NCBI RefSeq assembly: GCF_016432865.1
Contig: NC_067401.1
Span: forward strand, 482,918,001 to 482,982,000
Reading direction: 5' to 3'
Source of the DNA: Antechinus flavipes
Taxonomy: Eukaryota
DNA: 64,000 nucleotides
Part shown: one piece after another, positions 13,470 through 26,413 of the stretch
Position numbering within the stretch: position 1 is the first letter of the stretch
How the letters are laid out: each line of letters begins with the position of its first letter
Made by a program: the position numbers and the translations under genes
The notes under the pieces: generated by a model
The model's database searches: none
What the model was told of the DNA's origin: nothing
What the model saw: only the letters and a program-made list of their open reading frames with translations

Positions 13470-13715
13470 TAGTATTTTATTTTTCCAAATACATGCAAAG
13501 ATAGTTTTCAACATTCACCTTTGCAAAACCTTGTATTTCATTTTTTTCCCTCCCTTTCTGCCCCTCTCTTCCCTTCCCAAGACAACAAGCAATCCAACAG
13601 AGGTGAAACATGTCTAATTCTTCTAAATATATTTCCATATTCATCATGCTGCTCAAGAAAAACCAGACCAAAAGGAGAAAAAAACAGGAAAGGAAAAAAA
13701 AGTAAGGATACAAAC
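13470..13715 (-). mobile_element. L1 3' UTR fragment
   Basis: 'ttttatttttccaaatacatgcaaagatagttttcaacattcacctttgcaaaacc...'. Confidence 0.8.
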
Positions 13716-16079
13716 AGCAACATGATGTAGGTGAAAATAATATGTAAAGCAGTTTCATGAGGGAGTGTTGGCAGGATATTACTTCTTGGGAAGAGTAAGG
13801 CTTTGTGTTAGGAGGTGACTTTAACCCTTGAAGGAGGCTAGATATTGGAGGAGGTAGAGCATTTAAGGCATGGAGGATATCTCTGAACTGGTGCTTCATG
13901 GGACAGAGTGCTTGGGAGATGTGGGTACTGATCTAGTACTTATTTTCTTTGTATGTTATAGGCAAGTTATTGAACTTCCTTCCTCACCTATAAATTGAGG
14001 GTAACAATTTATACCTTCCCTCACAGAGATATTGAGGATCCAACAAAATATTAAGTAAATAAAGTGCTTTATAGGTTTTCAAGAACCAGGGAAATTAGCC
14101 ATTGATACTAATATTAAGGTGATCGGTGGATTTGAGAGTTGCTGCTATGATGTATCCACAGGCATCTCTGAGCTGAGAGAGGATGCTCATGAATCTTGGT
14201 GCAAGAGGATTGCTTACTTGGGAGTCCCCTGAGTCTGAGCAACCCAACACTTCAGTCTTTACCGTTTAATTGGCTTCTTTCTTTGGCTTAGAATGAGGAA
14301 GAACAAAGTAAAGAAAGCATATAGTTTTGGTTCTCTTCTTCTGTCATAAGTAACAGATTAGCAAAATTCTCTTTGATGGTTTCATAAGAAAAAGAAATCT
14401 GTCCCGTTGACTGAAGAGATATTAGCATTGTACACAGTGTACCCCTTCCAGCCAAAGCAATGGAGTCAACGCACCTTGTCATCCATAGATTTATCACGTT
14501 AAAAAAATGTGTCACCAAACAGGGTGAGATTATAGCAGCCTGTTCTCTGCATGGTTTCTTTGGCAACAGAACCAAACTGAGATAAATCTGGATGGCTGAC
14601 CTTTGTGTTCAGACATTGTAGATTTAGAACTTCAAGCAAGGGATTTTAGCATAGATTAACTAGTAAAGTTCAACCCTCCCTACTCCAGAACCAGCATTAA
14701 AGATCCTACTTTTAATAAAATCTCACAATGAAACTTAACTAAACTTAGACTTAATCTTTAATATAATATTTAATAAATAACAACTTGTTTGACTTATAAT
14801 GTTAATATTTAAGTTTAATTGTATATAATTTTTATTGTGCCATGAAGGAAAACATTTGATGTGATATATGGCTTTTATGCAACTGACCTGTTTGTTTTTT
14901 TTTCAAACAGTTTTTCTCTCATTTTGTCAGTTCTCAAGTTTTTTCTTTTTTAAAATATTTTTTTCAATTACATGTAAAGACAAGTCCTTGAACTTTTTAA
15001 AAAGACTATTTCATTTATTTCCCAATTATATGTAAAGACAAGTTTTTTAAAAAATAGATTTTAAAATTTATTTTGTTTGTTCTGTTAACCGATTTAATTA
15101 ATAGTTAATTAAATTTGTTAATTTTGAAATTTCAACAGTATCTTTAATTAGCATCACTGTGAACAGTCCTCGATGAAGTTTTCCAATATTCTTACCTTCC
15201 CCTTGACATCACCCCTAACCTGGTCCCGCTTGAAATTCTGTGTTCCCAATCCTCTCCCCACTCCCAACTTTGTGCCTCCAGATTCACTGTCACTGGAAAA
15301 GTGACATCTTGAATCACGCGCTTTCCCTGTTTTGATAGAGGCAGGAAGTTGGACAATATGAAGACTTGGAATGGTTTGTTAGTGTTGAGAGCATCAAAGG
15401 GAGAAGTCACGTGGAAAGGGAAACTCAGCTTTCTTAGGATCCTGAATTATGGAGTTAGAGAAGTGATCAGCTCTGGCTTTTTCTTCCCAGCGCGGGGTCA
15501 CCAGCCCCTTGGTCAGCTTATTAATGGGGTAACGTTCCCCATCCGGCCCAGTCTCATGAACTTTTATGTAAACAAAGATGTGTTTATTGAAATAACAGCC
15601 TCATCCCTGAGTTATAGTTCTAGCAGGATCTCAGCGGTCACTTGGGCCGGCCCCTCATTGCATAGATGAGGAAGCCGAGGTTTAGAGATCTAAGGGATTT
15701 GTCCAAGTTTAAATAAGGTCATAAGAGCTCCTCATCTTCTTCCCTCCATACCGCAGCTCAGCCAAAGGCTAGGATAACACACTTGGACTCTCATCCAGGA
15801 CCTTTCTCCGGGGTACCGTGGAGCAGCCTCTGCCCTGTGGCCCCCTTGTCCTCTGAGTGACTCCTTCCTGGGGCCTGCCATTGAGGAAGGATCCCCTCAC
15901 AAGCCACCTTTGCTCAACCTCCCAAATATGTGCTGTCTTCCCCCATTAGAATGGTAGCTCTGTGAAGACAGGGAATGTCTCTGTATTTTTTTTTTCTTGG
16001 TATCAATGCTTAGGCTTATGGCTGACACATAGCAAGTACTTAAGAAATGCTGGTTCTATTTTTGTCTGTTTATTTACCC

Positions 16080-16720
16080 ATCTATCAGTGCATCTGTCTA
16101 TCTACTTATCTGTCTGTCTGTCTATGTGTCTATCCACCTATCCATCTATTTATATTTCTATCATCGATATATATTTCTATCTATCTATATTTCTATTATC
16201 TATCTATATTTCTGTTCATCCAGCTATGCCTCTATCTGTGTATCTATCTATATATCTGTCTGTCTGCTTCNNNNNNNNNNNNNNNNNNNNNNNNNNNNNN
16301 NNNNNNNNNNNNNNNNNNNNNNNNNNNNNNNNNNNNNNNNNNNNNNNNNNNNNNNNNNNNNNNNNNNNNNNNNNNNNNNNNNNNNNNNNNNNNNNNNNNN
16401 NNTCCATCCATCTGTCTGTTCATCCATTCGTCCATTTGTCTGTTCATCCATTCATCCATCCGTCTGTCTGTCTATTCATCCATCTGTCTGTTCATCCATC
16501 CGTCTATCNNNNNNNNNNNNNNNNNNNNNNNNNNNNNNNNNNNNNNNNNNNNNNNNNNNNNNNNNNNNNNNNNNNNNNNNNNNNNNNNNNNNNNNNNNNN
16601 NNNNNNNNNNNNNNNNNNNNNNNNNNNNNNNNNNNNNNNNNNNNNNNNNNNNNNNNNNNNNNNNNNNNNNNNNNNNNNNNNNCCATCTGTCCTTCTTTCT
16701 ATATATCTATCTATCCATCC
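16080..16720. repeat. (CTAT/CTGT/CCAT)n compound microsatellite containing N runs 16271-16402 and 16509-16682
   Basis: Tetranucleotide repeats flank both N runs. Confidence 0.9.
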
Positions 16721-19196
16721 AACAATTCCTATCTTTTTTTCTTACTTTAGTAGGCTACCTTTACTGCCTTGGTCTTAGAAATGTAGAGACCCAGTGTTCT
16801 GGAAGGTTCCTGAGAGAACATTCTCCTTTTACAGATCAGGACATCTTCAGGTTGGGTAAGAAGATATTGCAAGCAGAGCTGGTACTCAAACCCAGATTCT
16901 CTGACTGAAAAAAAAAAATGTCCTTTCTATTATAGGGTTGGAAGAAACTAGAAAAGACACATTGTAATACAAAGAGGAACCTGAATTATTCTTTCTTATC
17001 TTTTGCAAATGCTTGCATTCACTAAGAGAAACTTTAGCTGATGTTGGGATTTATAAATTGCACTGCACAAGTCATCCTTAGTGTATATACGTTCACTATA
17101 ATGGCCTTATAATAAAAGTTTTTCATAAAAACTTTCCTCTTGCATCATTTTCACAAACCATTTGGGAGGAGTAATCAATCAGTGGGCATTTAACAAGTAC
17201 TTTCTATGGATTCTTCAAATATTTTCTTTTTATTACCATTATTTTATTTGATCATTGTACGTTAATTCGTTTATTTAAACACCAAGTTCCTGCTTCTTGA
17301 CTTTCTTCCTACCTTTCATTTTATTGTTAAAAATAATGAACCCAAACTTTTTTGGGGGCAGGAGAATAAAACCTCTGAAAAACATTTTTTAATGACTTAT
17401 TCTGACTCCAACCCTTTTCTCTTCCCCAGCCTTGGGGGCCCTTGCAAGGGAATTGCTAGTTTTCACTGATTAAAATTCTTTTTTCTGTTGTTCTTTTTTC
17501 CTTTTCCCTCTAGAGTTAGGGCAGGCACCTTGGCCCTTTCACAAGAGGCCTGGATAATCTCCTTCCAATCAGGAAGAGCCTTCTTTTGGCAACCTGCCTG
17601 CTAAGGTCACTTTATTCCCCGATTTTGAAGCTCTTTGTTTTTTCTCCTTAGGTTGTGTGTGTGTGTGTGTGGTTGCCCATGTATGCAAAACATACATTGT
17701 TTATGCAGTTTTAAAAAACAGATTGTCTGGAGATTACACATCCCAAGAAGTTTAGCAACTTCTAGTGGTTTTAGAAACTGCTTTCTGAAAGTGTTTCTCC
17801 TCTTCTTTCTGAGCATTTAAAAACACAACAGAAAGGTTTATAAACACAGTCACACATTGATTTCCACATAATAGTAATACATTTGTAGACTTGACTTCTT
17901 GGAAGTGGGGGGTGGTAGAATGGCTTGGGGTTCACACAGTGGAAGCCAGGAGGGCGGGGAGACAAACAGGTGATGAGCAGCTTCTAAGAAGCTGCATTAT
18001 TGAAACATCCCACTGCTTCTTTCCTGGAAACGGACGCCCTAAGATTTAGGAATATTCCCCCGTGCATTTATTTCCCTTAGATGGCTAGCTAGCCCCAGTC
18101 TGCCCATGTTTTATATTTTTGAAAAATGTCAGTGGGGGAGGGGAAGAGGGGTTGAGGGGGGATCCTTTTATGGTTTAAGAGTGGGGCGTTCCCAAGTCCC
18201 ATCCCAGATGGGCTGTAGAACTGCAGAGGTGTAACCTGAGACCTTCCAAACACGAGCACATGGAGTATGTATACCCCCCGGGGACTTCTCAGCCCAACCC
18301 TTTCCAGGTGTGCTTTTTTTTTTTTTTTTGTCTTTTTCATTTTCTTTTAGTTTTTATTTTTGCATCAAATCCTCATGTTCCTAAAATTCCAACTCATAAA
18401 AGCCAATTAAGTTAGATTGTGTTGTAGGATGAGAAACCGTGGGGTCCGTGTCGGAGTAGATTCCATCATCCCAAGGGGGCCGGAGGGATTTTCAGCTTAA
18501 AAGCAGGGGCTGAATCCCACAGTCTGTGGGAGTTTGTCCCTCTTTGCAGCTGACAGCATTGCAGAATTCCCTCTGGGGCCATAAGAGAAACTATATTAGC
18601 CAATGTTGTTGTTCGAATGAAATCCCCCACTGTTATGGGCTGGTCCCAAGCTATACGATTACCCCCCTTCCTCCCTCGCCTTATGATTACATTTATTATA
18701 GCTGAACACACGTTCCTAATTAGTATCTTGGGTAATAGGGGAAATCAGAGGGCTGAAAATTAGGCAGAATAGGTACCAGATGTTTGTATTAGCTTGTCAT
18801 GCATCTGTATTCAGAACGTTTAAGGATCATATTTATCGAATCTGAAAATTACTTAATGCTCTGCCTCTCATTGGACAGTGGTCCTCCCCCAGATGATTTT
18901 ATTCTCTTGCAAGAGGTGGGATATTAATCTCTCCTTGTAGGAAGGATTAGGTTTAAAGAGTGGGCAGCAATGACATTAATATCCCCCTGCCTCCCCCCCC
19001 CAAAAAAAAAAAAAATCTCCTGTATTTTCTCCAGGCTCAGGGCTGGTCTGTAATCAGTCCTAAGAAATGGGCGGTGCTCCTGGCTGAGGTTGGAAGCCTG
19101 CTTTGGATCTAAAAGGCCGGAACAAAAGGCAGAGGCCTTTTTTATATTTCCTTGCTTGCATTTGTGGGGAGGGTAGGCTAAAGGGAAGTCTCCTTA

Positions 19197-19423
19197 TGGC
19201 ACCGTGAAACCAGAAAGAGTGGGAGAGTAGGATTTACAATCAATAAACTGTAAGCATCGATTAAGTTCTTACTGTTTGCTAAGCATTGTGCTATCAATAT
19301 CAACTTCTGGCAAGGTGAAACCAGAAAGACTGGGAGAGTAAAATTTATAATCAGTATACAATAAGCATCTATTAAGTTCTTACTGTTTGCTAAGCACTGT
19401 GCTATCAATAAAAAACCCAACTT
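19197..19423. repeat. Two-copy tandem duplication, ~111-bp period
   Basis: 'gtgaaaccagaaaga.tgggagagta...attaagttcttactgtttgctaagca.tgtgctatcaata' occurs twice. Confidence 0.9.
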
Positions 19424-20414
19424 CTATGAAGTATTTATTATGTGCCAGGACCTGTACTAAGTGTTGTGGATACGAAAAGAGGCAAAAGACAATTCTTGTG
19501 TTCAAGAATCTTACAATCTAATGGGGTTGACAACGTACAAATAAATATGTACAAAGAAACTATATACAGCGTGAATAGAAAATAATAAGAGAGAATTTAG
19601 AGGGACTAGGAAAAACTTAGTGGGAAAGATGGGATTTTAGCTGGGGAATAAATAGCATTGGGAAATACTGAGAAAAGCAAAAATATGGTTTTTTGGGGTG
19701 AATTTCACATCTGATAACACAGGCTGGATCTAATTGACTTTTATGAATCAGAACATTAAGAAGAGGGAGATTTCGCACAAAAAGTCAAATCTCTAGAAGA
19801 AAATGAAAAAGATAAAAAATGACTTCATAAGATTATAGAATTAGAGAGATCATCAAGGTAAAATGAAAGGGACCTTCAGGTGTTCTAGTTCAACCCACTC
19901 ATTTAACAGAAAAAGCAGCAGATTCATTGGGATGAGTTGGCTAGGCTGACCCTTTAGTGCATACAGTGCTGTCTATCTGAGGCAGAAAGGGAAGGGTTGA
20001 GATTTTCTCTTAAAATACTTATAAGTTGTCTGACTTTCTGGAGATTGATTTAATCCTGATGTACCTCAGTTTCTCATCTGTAAAAATGGAGATGACAATG
20101 GCATCCACCTCCCAGGGTTCTTGTGAGAATAAAATAATTATATATATGTTATAAGGTGCTTTGGAAAGTTTAAGGCACCATATAAACACTGTCATTATTC
20201 CCGCTATCACTCAAGTCATTTATAAGGGGTTGGCAGTTGTGTAGTCTGTCCTGGCCAGGCCACATTTGAAGTTTGGTTCACATTTTAATTAGGACATTGA
20301 TAGAGGCGTGTCAGAAGAGGAGATCCAAGAAAACAGGTCATTGAATCCACCCCAAATGAAGATGGATTGATGGAACCAGGGCAGTTTAGCCTGGAGAAAA
20401 GGCTGGGACTTTTT

Positions 20415-20720
20415 TTGCCTTTGTGTGTCCAGCATTTTCACAGTGTCTGGCACATAGTAGGTCCTTAATATTAATTGATTGTATTTGTACATAATTGTCC
20501 ATGTGTGTTTCTCCTTGAGAGAGCAGTGACTCTTGTTTGCCTTTCTTTGTATCCCCAGAACTTTACACAGTGCCTGGCACATAGTAGGTCCTTAATTGAT
20601 TGGTTAATTGATTGTATTTGTACATAATTGTCCATGTATGTTTCTCCTTGAGAGAGCAGGGACTCTTATTTGCCTTTCTTTGTATCCCCAAAACTTTACA
20701 GCATCTGGCTCATAGGTACT
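20415..20720. repeat. ~2.4-copy tandem repeat (122-133 bp) of an L2 3'-end fragment
   Basis: 'ttgcc' unit starts at 20415, 20537 and 20670; 'ctggcacatagtaggtccttaat' recurs. Confidence 0.85.
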
Positions 20721-20789
20721 AATACTTGCTTATTGACAGTACTGACCATGGTCCGGAGAGATTAGCTGTATCCTGTTTGGCCCCAGAGA

Positions 20790-20950
20790 ACAGAACCGGG
20801 AGCAATGGGTGGACTTTGGAAACAGGCCGATTTTGGCTTCTGGTCAAGAAAAACTTCCCAATAATGAGAGCTCTCCAAAAATGTAGGGCCGCTCTGGGAG
20901 TTGGCGGGTCCTCAGGCAAGGTGGTGCCCAAGGTTCTCTTGGGATGGAGA
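20790..20950 (+). mobile_element. L3/CR1 3' fragment
   Basis: 'ggtcaagaaaaacttcccaataatgagagctctccaaaa' matches the CR1/L3 3' motif; a related fragment is at ~45985-46110 (minus). Confidence 0.6.
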
Positions 20951-21711
20951 GGAAGGAGAAGGTCCTTCAGCTCTGCAATTCTGATTCCTCAGAAGAACTC
21001 CATCAGGGTCTGCTGCCTACAATGAGGAAGGCGTGAAGGGAGGAGGAGGCTGGGCTCCAGAAGCCAGAGCCTCCCAAGCTTACGTGTGGGGGCCACAAAG
21101 TTGGACAGTGGTCGGTCCAGATGCTTTTGTGCCCTCTCGGGTAACGAGGTGCTCACCCCAGCAGACTTGGGACCTGAGAGTTCCTAGTTCCTGAGCTTGC
21201 TTGATTAGTGACGGGCCAAACCCTTGCTGGTAAAAATAAGGAGATTTCCTGCCATGCTGTGAAAGGGTTCTGGAGTGAACATTGCTGTTTATAGAATAAA
21301 GAAATGGACCTGCCTCTAGACCAGGTGTTGATCCATGAGGTCGGGGGATGGATTTCAGGGGGCTTGAGAACTTGAATGGGAAAAACTACAACTTTATTTG
21401 AATAGCATTGGTTTCCTTCTTAATTCTATGCATTTTCAAGTATGTACTTAATAACATGATCCTGAGAAAAAGGTCCATTGACTTCTCTAAGACTGCTGAA
21501 GTATTCTATGGAAAAAAAAATTGGGGCTCCTGTTCCAGAACTTCTTGGCCAAATTTAGGGCCATCATTATGAGGTGGAGGCCAGAGGCAGGAGGGGGTTC
21601 AAAGAGTAACGAGGACCAGGATGTGGTTACAGGAGAAGTGGAGGTTGTTCTGAAGCAGGGGACTGTTCTAAGGCAACGCAAAAGTAGACAGGATGAGGTT
21701 GAGGGCAGGAT

Positions 21712-21721
21712 GTGTGCGTGC

Positions 21722-21761
<40 letters not shown>

Positions 21762-21762
21762 T
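21712..21762. repeat. (GT)n microsatellite (others at ~17655-17670 and 30945-31040)
   Basis: Visible directly. Confidence 0.9.
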
Positions 21763-22304
21763 TGGGGGGGTGGGAAAATGCAGTATTTTAAATACCACTT
21801 GGAGAGGTGTAGGGCAATGTGTCGTATTCAGGAAAGGGGAGAAAAACAAGTGTGTTTCCTGCCTTCGATAGCTTTCGAGGGTGGGGGGAGCCCCGTGGGT
21901 CTGGTTGCTCAGCAACCACAAGTGCCATCTCCCTCATTTCAGGATCATTTCTCTTCTCCGAATTGAAGATTTGATATAAGTGATGGGGATGGTAAGGAGA
22001 GCGAGGGCAGAGCTGGGAGAAAAGCATGGGAACCCACAGAGAAATGGGGAAAGAATGAGCAGAGAAAGACCTCTAGCACTGGACAGCAGCTGGGGCAATA
22101 AGAAGAGCAGCAGTGTATTCTAGGTGACCAGGCAGAGATCCCAAGGCAGCCTGGAAAAACTGGGAGAGGCTGCTCTAGTTCTTTTGTAAAATCTGCTGAG
22201 GCCATTGTGGGTAGTGTGGATAGAGACCTGGATTCAAGTCCTGCTTCTAATGGATTGGCCATGTGACTGGCCAAATTGCATATTCTTAACTGTGGACTTG
22301 TTAC

Positions 22305-23172
22305 ATCTATCTATCTGTCNNNNNNNNNNNNNNNNNNNNNNNNNNNNNNNNNNNNNNNNNNNNNNNNNNNNNNNNNNNNNNNNNNNNNNNNNNNNNNNNN
22401 NNNNNNNNNNNNNNNNNNNNNNNNNNNNNNNNNNNNNNNNNNNNNNNNNNNNNNNNNNNNNNNNNNNNNNNNNNNNNNNNNNNNNNNNNNNNNNNNNNNN
22501 NNNNNNNNNNNNNNNNNNNNNNNNNNNNNNNNNNNNNNNNNNNNNNNNNNNNNNNNNNNNNNNNNNNNNNNNNNNNNNNNNNNNNNNNNNNNNNNNNNNN
22601 NNNNNNNNNNNNNNNNNNNNNNNNNNNNNNNNNNNNNNNNNNNNNNNNNNNNNNNNNNNNNNNNNNNNNNNNNNNNNNCCCTACCTGTCTATGCATCTAT
22701 TCATCCATCTGCCTATTCATCCATCCATCCATATTTCTTTCTTTCCATTTATCTGCCTGTCTATGCATCTCTTCATTCATTCATCTACCTATCCATCCAT
22801 CTATTCACCNNNNNNNNNNNNNNNNNNNNNNNNNNNNNNNNNNNNNNNNNNNNNNNNNNNNNNNNNNNNNNNNNNNNNNNNNNNNNNNNNNNNNNNNNNN
22901 NNNNNNNNNNNNNNNNNNNNNNNNNNNNNNNNNNNNNNNNNNNNNNNNNNNNNNNNNNNNNNNNNNNNNNNNNNNNNNNNNNNNNNNNNNNNNNNNNNNN
23001 NNNNNNNNNNNNNNNNNNNNNNNNNNNNNNNNNNNNNNNNNNNNNNNNNNNNNNNNNNNNNNNNNNNNNNNNNNNNNNNNNNNNNNNNNNNNNNNNNNNN
23101 NNNNNNNNNNNNNNNNNNNNNNNNNNNNNNNNNNNNNNNNNNNNNNNNNNNNNNNNNNNNNNNNNNNNNNNN
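22305..23172. repeat. (CTAT/CCAT)n compound microsatellite containing N runs 22320-22678 and 22810-23172
   Basis: Tetranucleotide repeats flank the N runs. Confidence 0.85.
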
Positions 23173-23845
23173 TTATTTGCCAGGGATGGGGGAAGAAGGA
23201 GTGAGGCATTGGTGAGGGACTAGTTAGGTCAATGTAAATTATAGATCTCTGTCTAGATTTTGTTCTGATAAGCGGCTATCCAAGCTGTAAAACATTTTTG
23301 GCTGTGCTTTGAGTGGTTTATTTAGCATGCATAGGATCATGACAAATTTATGACATTAAGATGAAAATGCACAGCTCAGCACAGACATCCCAACAACACC
23401 ATGGAGACACTAGAACTGCATGGGGGAAACTTTGCTCTCAAGCCCTCCAATGTTAGACATACAAGACCTCCCATGAGCCCTGGCAAAGGAGCTGTGCGGG
23501 AAATGTTTGCCTTGTTTTAGTGACTTGCTGGATCAAGACTAACTGTGCCATACAGGCTCTTGCTGCCATTTTCCCTTTCTCGCCACCTCGCACTGTCTCC
23601 CAGCATGACACAGGGTGCCTCTGAGTGCTGGAAAAAGTCATTCGCCTCATGGCATAAACCAGATAGCTGCTATTGGGGTAGATAATTTTGGTAGCTCTGA
23701 AAGAGATTTGACAAATGCTGCGTCTGCTTATGGCTTTGGGACAGTGGGTTGGTGCTGGCCCAAATCTGTGTTGCCTTTGTGCTGTGAGGGCAACATCAAG
23801 AGGATGAAATGTTTTTGGAACCTATCTAGTTTAACACATCATCTT

Positions 23846-24133
23846 TTTATTATTAAAGCTTTTTATTTTCAAAGCACATGCATAGATAATTTTCAACACT
23901 CACCCTTGCAAAAACTTGTGTTCCAAATTTTTTCCATCCTCTCCCCCACCCTCTCCCTCAGATGGCAAGTAATCCAATATATGTTAATCATGTGCAATTC
24001 TTCTACATGTATTTCCACAATTATCATCTGCACAAGAAAAATCAGATCAAAAAGGGGGAAAATGAAAAAGAAAACAAAATGCAAGCAAACAACAAAAAAG
24101 TCAAAATACATGTTATGATCCACACTCAGTTTC
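23846..24133 (-). mobile_element. L1 3' UTR fragment with 9-bp TSD
   Basis: 'aaagctttttattttcaaagcacatgcatag...'; CATCATCTT at 23837-23845 and 24134-24142. Confidence 0.85.
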
Positions 24134-24629
24134 CATCATCTTACAAGAAGAAAAGAGAGGTTAACTTTGGACCTTGCCCAAGGTCACATTGGCCATCAGT
24201 TCCAATTCATCAGCTCCAGATGAATTGTCCCTCTTCATTGGAGGGAGCTTCTATCCAGGGAACCCCCATCATGGATAAAGCCTCAGCTCTGCAAACTCCA
24301 TCCTCCCAGTTAACAGCAACCAAAACACATCCATAACCACATAGACAGATATTGATGCCTTTCTTGCCATTCAATGAGGCAAACATAGTGAAAAAAGAGA
24401 CTGGAGCTGGATGGAATGAGAAAGAAGTATGGGAGAATCTCTCACATCAATTAGAGGGAGGATTTTTTTTACATAGCAAAGCCATGATTCAGTCTCAGGA
24501 CCTCAAAGTGGGCATTTTCTGCGTGTATCTCTTGGATATTGTGAAGAGGTAGCCAGCACGGGTGATCCTTTGACCAAGGAATTCTGTAGATAGACTTTGA
24601 ATGTTGCTGTGAAAAAAACAAAAAACAAA

Positions 24630-24830
24630 TAAGGCAGCTAGATGGTGAAGTGGTTCGTTTCCTAGCTGTGTGATCCTGGACAAGTCACTTCTCCCTGTCT
24701 GCCAAAGTTTCCTCATCTGTAAAATGGGCTGGAGAAGGAAATGGCCATCCACTTCAGGATCTTTGCTACGAAAATCCCAAATGGGGTCATGAAGAGTTGG
24801 TGGTGACTGAAATAACCGAATAACAAAGAT
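24630..24830 (+). mobile_element. MAR1-type CORE-SINE (head partly deleted)
   Basis: 'ctagctgtgtgatcctggacaagtcac...tttcctcatctgtaaaatgggctggagaaggaaatggcc'. Confidence 0.8.
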
Positions 24831-25216
24831 ACTCAATAAAAACCTCATCCACATGGGCCAGAGGTCAGTCTGTTAATAGGCTTTTAAAAATGCTTACAAT
24901 GTCCTCAGCATCTTGTGAAGCTCTTGGTAGATATAAATAGAATCAAACAAGATGGTTCTCAAGGTGTTTGAAGTCTAATGAGGGAAGACAGTATATTTGA
25001 GAACGTTGTGAATGAGGAAGGGCATCTATAGGGGTTGTGGGTAAGAAGGAAGATTTAGGGCAGAGAGCTCAAGCAAGAGGGAAAGCTGGAGTTCTTTCTC
25101 AAATGGTGGTCATAAGAGGGAGCTCCAGTGAAGGAGGGTCCCAGGATAATCAGTTCTGTAGGAGACTTATTATCTCTTCCATGTGGATTTGGGTACCTCC
25201 TTCCATTGGTGTAAAT

Positions 25217-25612
25217 CAGAGCTCCTTAAACTTTTCCCATTCACAACCCATTTTTGCCTGAGAGATTTTTATGTGACCCTGGGTATATAGGTTTATAAAA
25301 TAGGTATATAAATCAAATTCCTGATACTTATAAATACAAATTACAAACTAATTACTGCTAATAACAACTTAAATTACTGATAATGGATCCTGAAGAAATT
25401 TATTTTAAAACAATTCTTTGATATACATATTATTTTGTCATTTATTAAAATTGAAAGCATACTAATGAGATGGATATGCTTGTTACTTTACATAAAAAAT
25501 TAAATCTTGTTGGAATATTTGAGACCTTTTACTGTTGCCAAATTTTTCATGACCGCCACATTCAGTTACATGACCCCACATGAGGTTGTGACCTACAGTT
25601 TAAGAAACTTTG
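25217..25612. mobile_element. hAT/Charlie-like MITE, long form (~395 bp) with extra AT-rich internal segment
   Basis: Same ends as the 8282 and 45173 copies ('cagagctccttaaactttt...cagtttaagaaactttg') plus ~210 bp of additional internal sequence. Confidence 0.7.
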
Positions 25613-26228
25613 GTATTGATCCCTGCCCATCCACACTTGTGCGATCCTTATTTTTATTCTGTTCCTCTCCTGTAGAGACAGTCCCCAATAGGCTGGAGAC
25701 CTCCTTTAATGATTTTTAAAATATGTTTTATGGGAACTGGTGGAACTTGAACTTAATTCAGCACTTAATCAATATTTGCCAAATTAATGAGTGAATTTGA
25801 ATGTATTATGTAAATCAGTGAATAAATATATTTGTTTCTAGGAGGTTTTTTTTTTTTTAAATATCCATTCTGGAGGGAGGAGGGGAGAAGTTCTTTTGAT
25901 ATTTGGGAGGAGACCTGTACAAATGTCAAATGTGGAGTGTTCTTGCCCAGAGGAATTTTATGTAGTATTATGAGCCAAAAGGCGGATAAAAAAAATCATT
26001 CAAAAGAAATGAAACATATTGGTTTCTTAGAAAAATAGTTTAGTTATTCTCTCTTTATGTTGGAAATACTAACCACCCATTGTCATCCTCTGGCCAAGCT
26101 AAGTTGGCAGTGGCTAGAGGACCCAAAAGCAGATTCTTCATCCTAAGAGGATGCATGTTTTTCTGAGTTTGGAGGAGTTCTGATCTTTCTGAGCTGAATG
26201 TGTATGATTTGTCCCTGCCTCTCCACAG

Positions 26229-26413
26229 GTCCTGTGCCTCCGACAGAATGTGTCCTCTCCCCTGTCAACTCCTCACACCCTGTCCAAGCTCTGTTGGAGA
26301 GTTTCACTGCCTTGTCCGGCTGTGCGAGCCGGGGCACAACCAGTCTTCCTCAGGAGGTACATGTCCTGAATCTCCGGAATCCTGATGAAGGACCTGGCCA
26401 GCCTGAGAGAGAG
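26229..26413 (+). CDS. TGFBR3: TGF-beta receptor type III (betaglycan), internal coding exon (human exon 3 equivalent; N-terminal orphan domain)
   Basis: Acceptor 'gatttgtccctgcctctccacAG' ends at 26228; donor 'GAG|GTaggg' starts at 26414. The exon is 185 nt with phase 1/phase 0 ends. It translates to (G)PVPPTECVLSPVNSSHPVQALLESFTALSGCASRGTTSLPQEVHVLNLRNPDEGPGQPERE, matching recalled human betaglycan GPEPGALCELSPVSASHPVQALMESFTVLSGCASRGTTGLPQEVHVLNLRTAGQGPGQLQRE. Confidence 0.97.

Larger units (their letters stand above)
1..26228 (+). other. TGFBR3: TGFBR3 intron upstream of the exon (intron 2, 3' part)
   Basis: Ends at the AG acceptor. No signal-peptide exon (MTSHY...-like) found by eye upstream; human intron 2 is also tens of kb. 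Confidence 0.8.

Noticed and set aside
15962-16908. Long ORFs (243-262 aa) in several frames
   Set aside because: They run through N runs and tetranucleotide microsatellites; artefacts.
19818-19832. 'aaaATGACTTCA' resembling the human TGFBR3 start context
   Set aside because: Stop at codon 4 (ATG ACT TCA TAA); not the signal-peptide exon.
22205-23223. 315-336 aa ORFs
   Set aside because: Mostly X from N runs plus (CCAT)n repeats.
23615-24336. 167-aa and 124-aa ORFs
   Set aside because: They overlap an antisense L1 3' UTR; no splice or protein-family signal.
26198-26228. ORF-track N-terminus MCMICPCLST before the TGFBR3 match
   Set aside because: Intronic polypyrimidine tract; the true exon starts after the AG at 26228.
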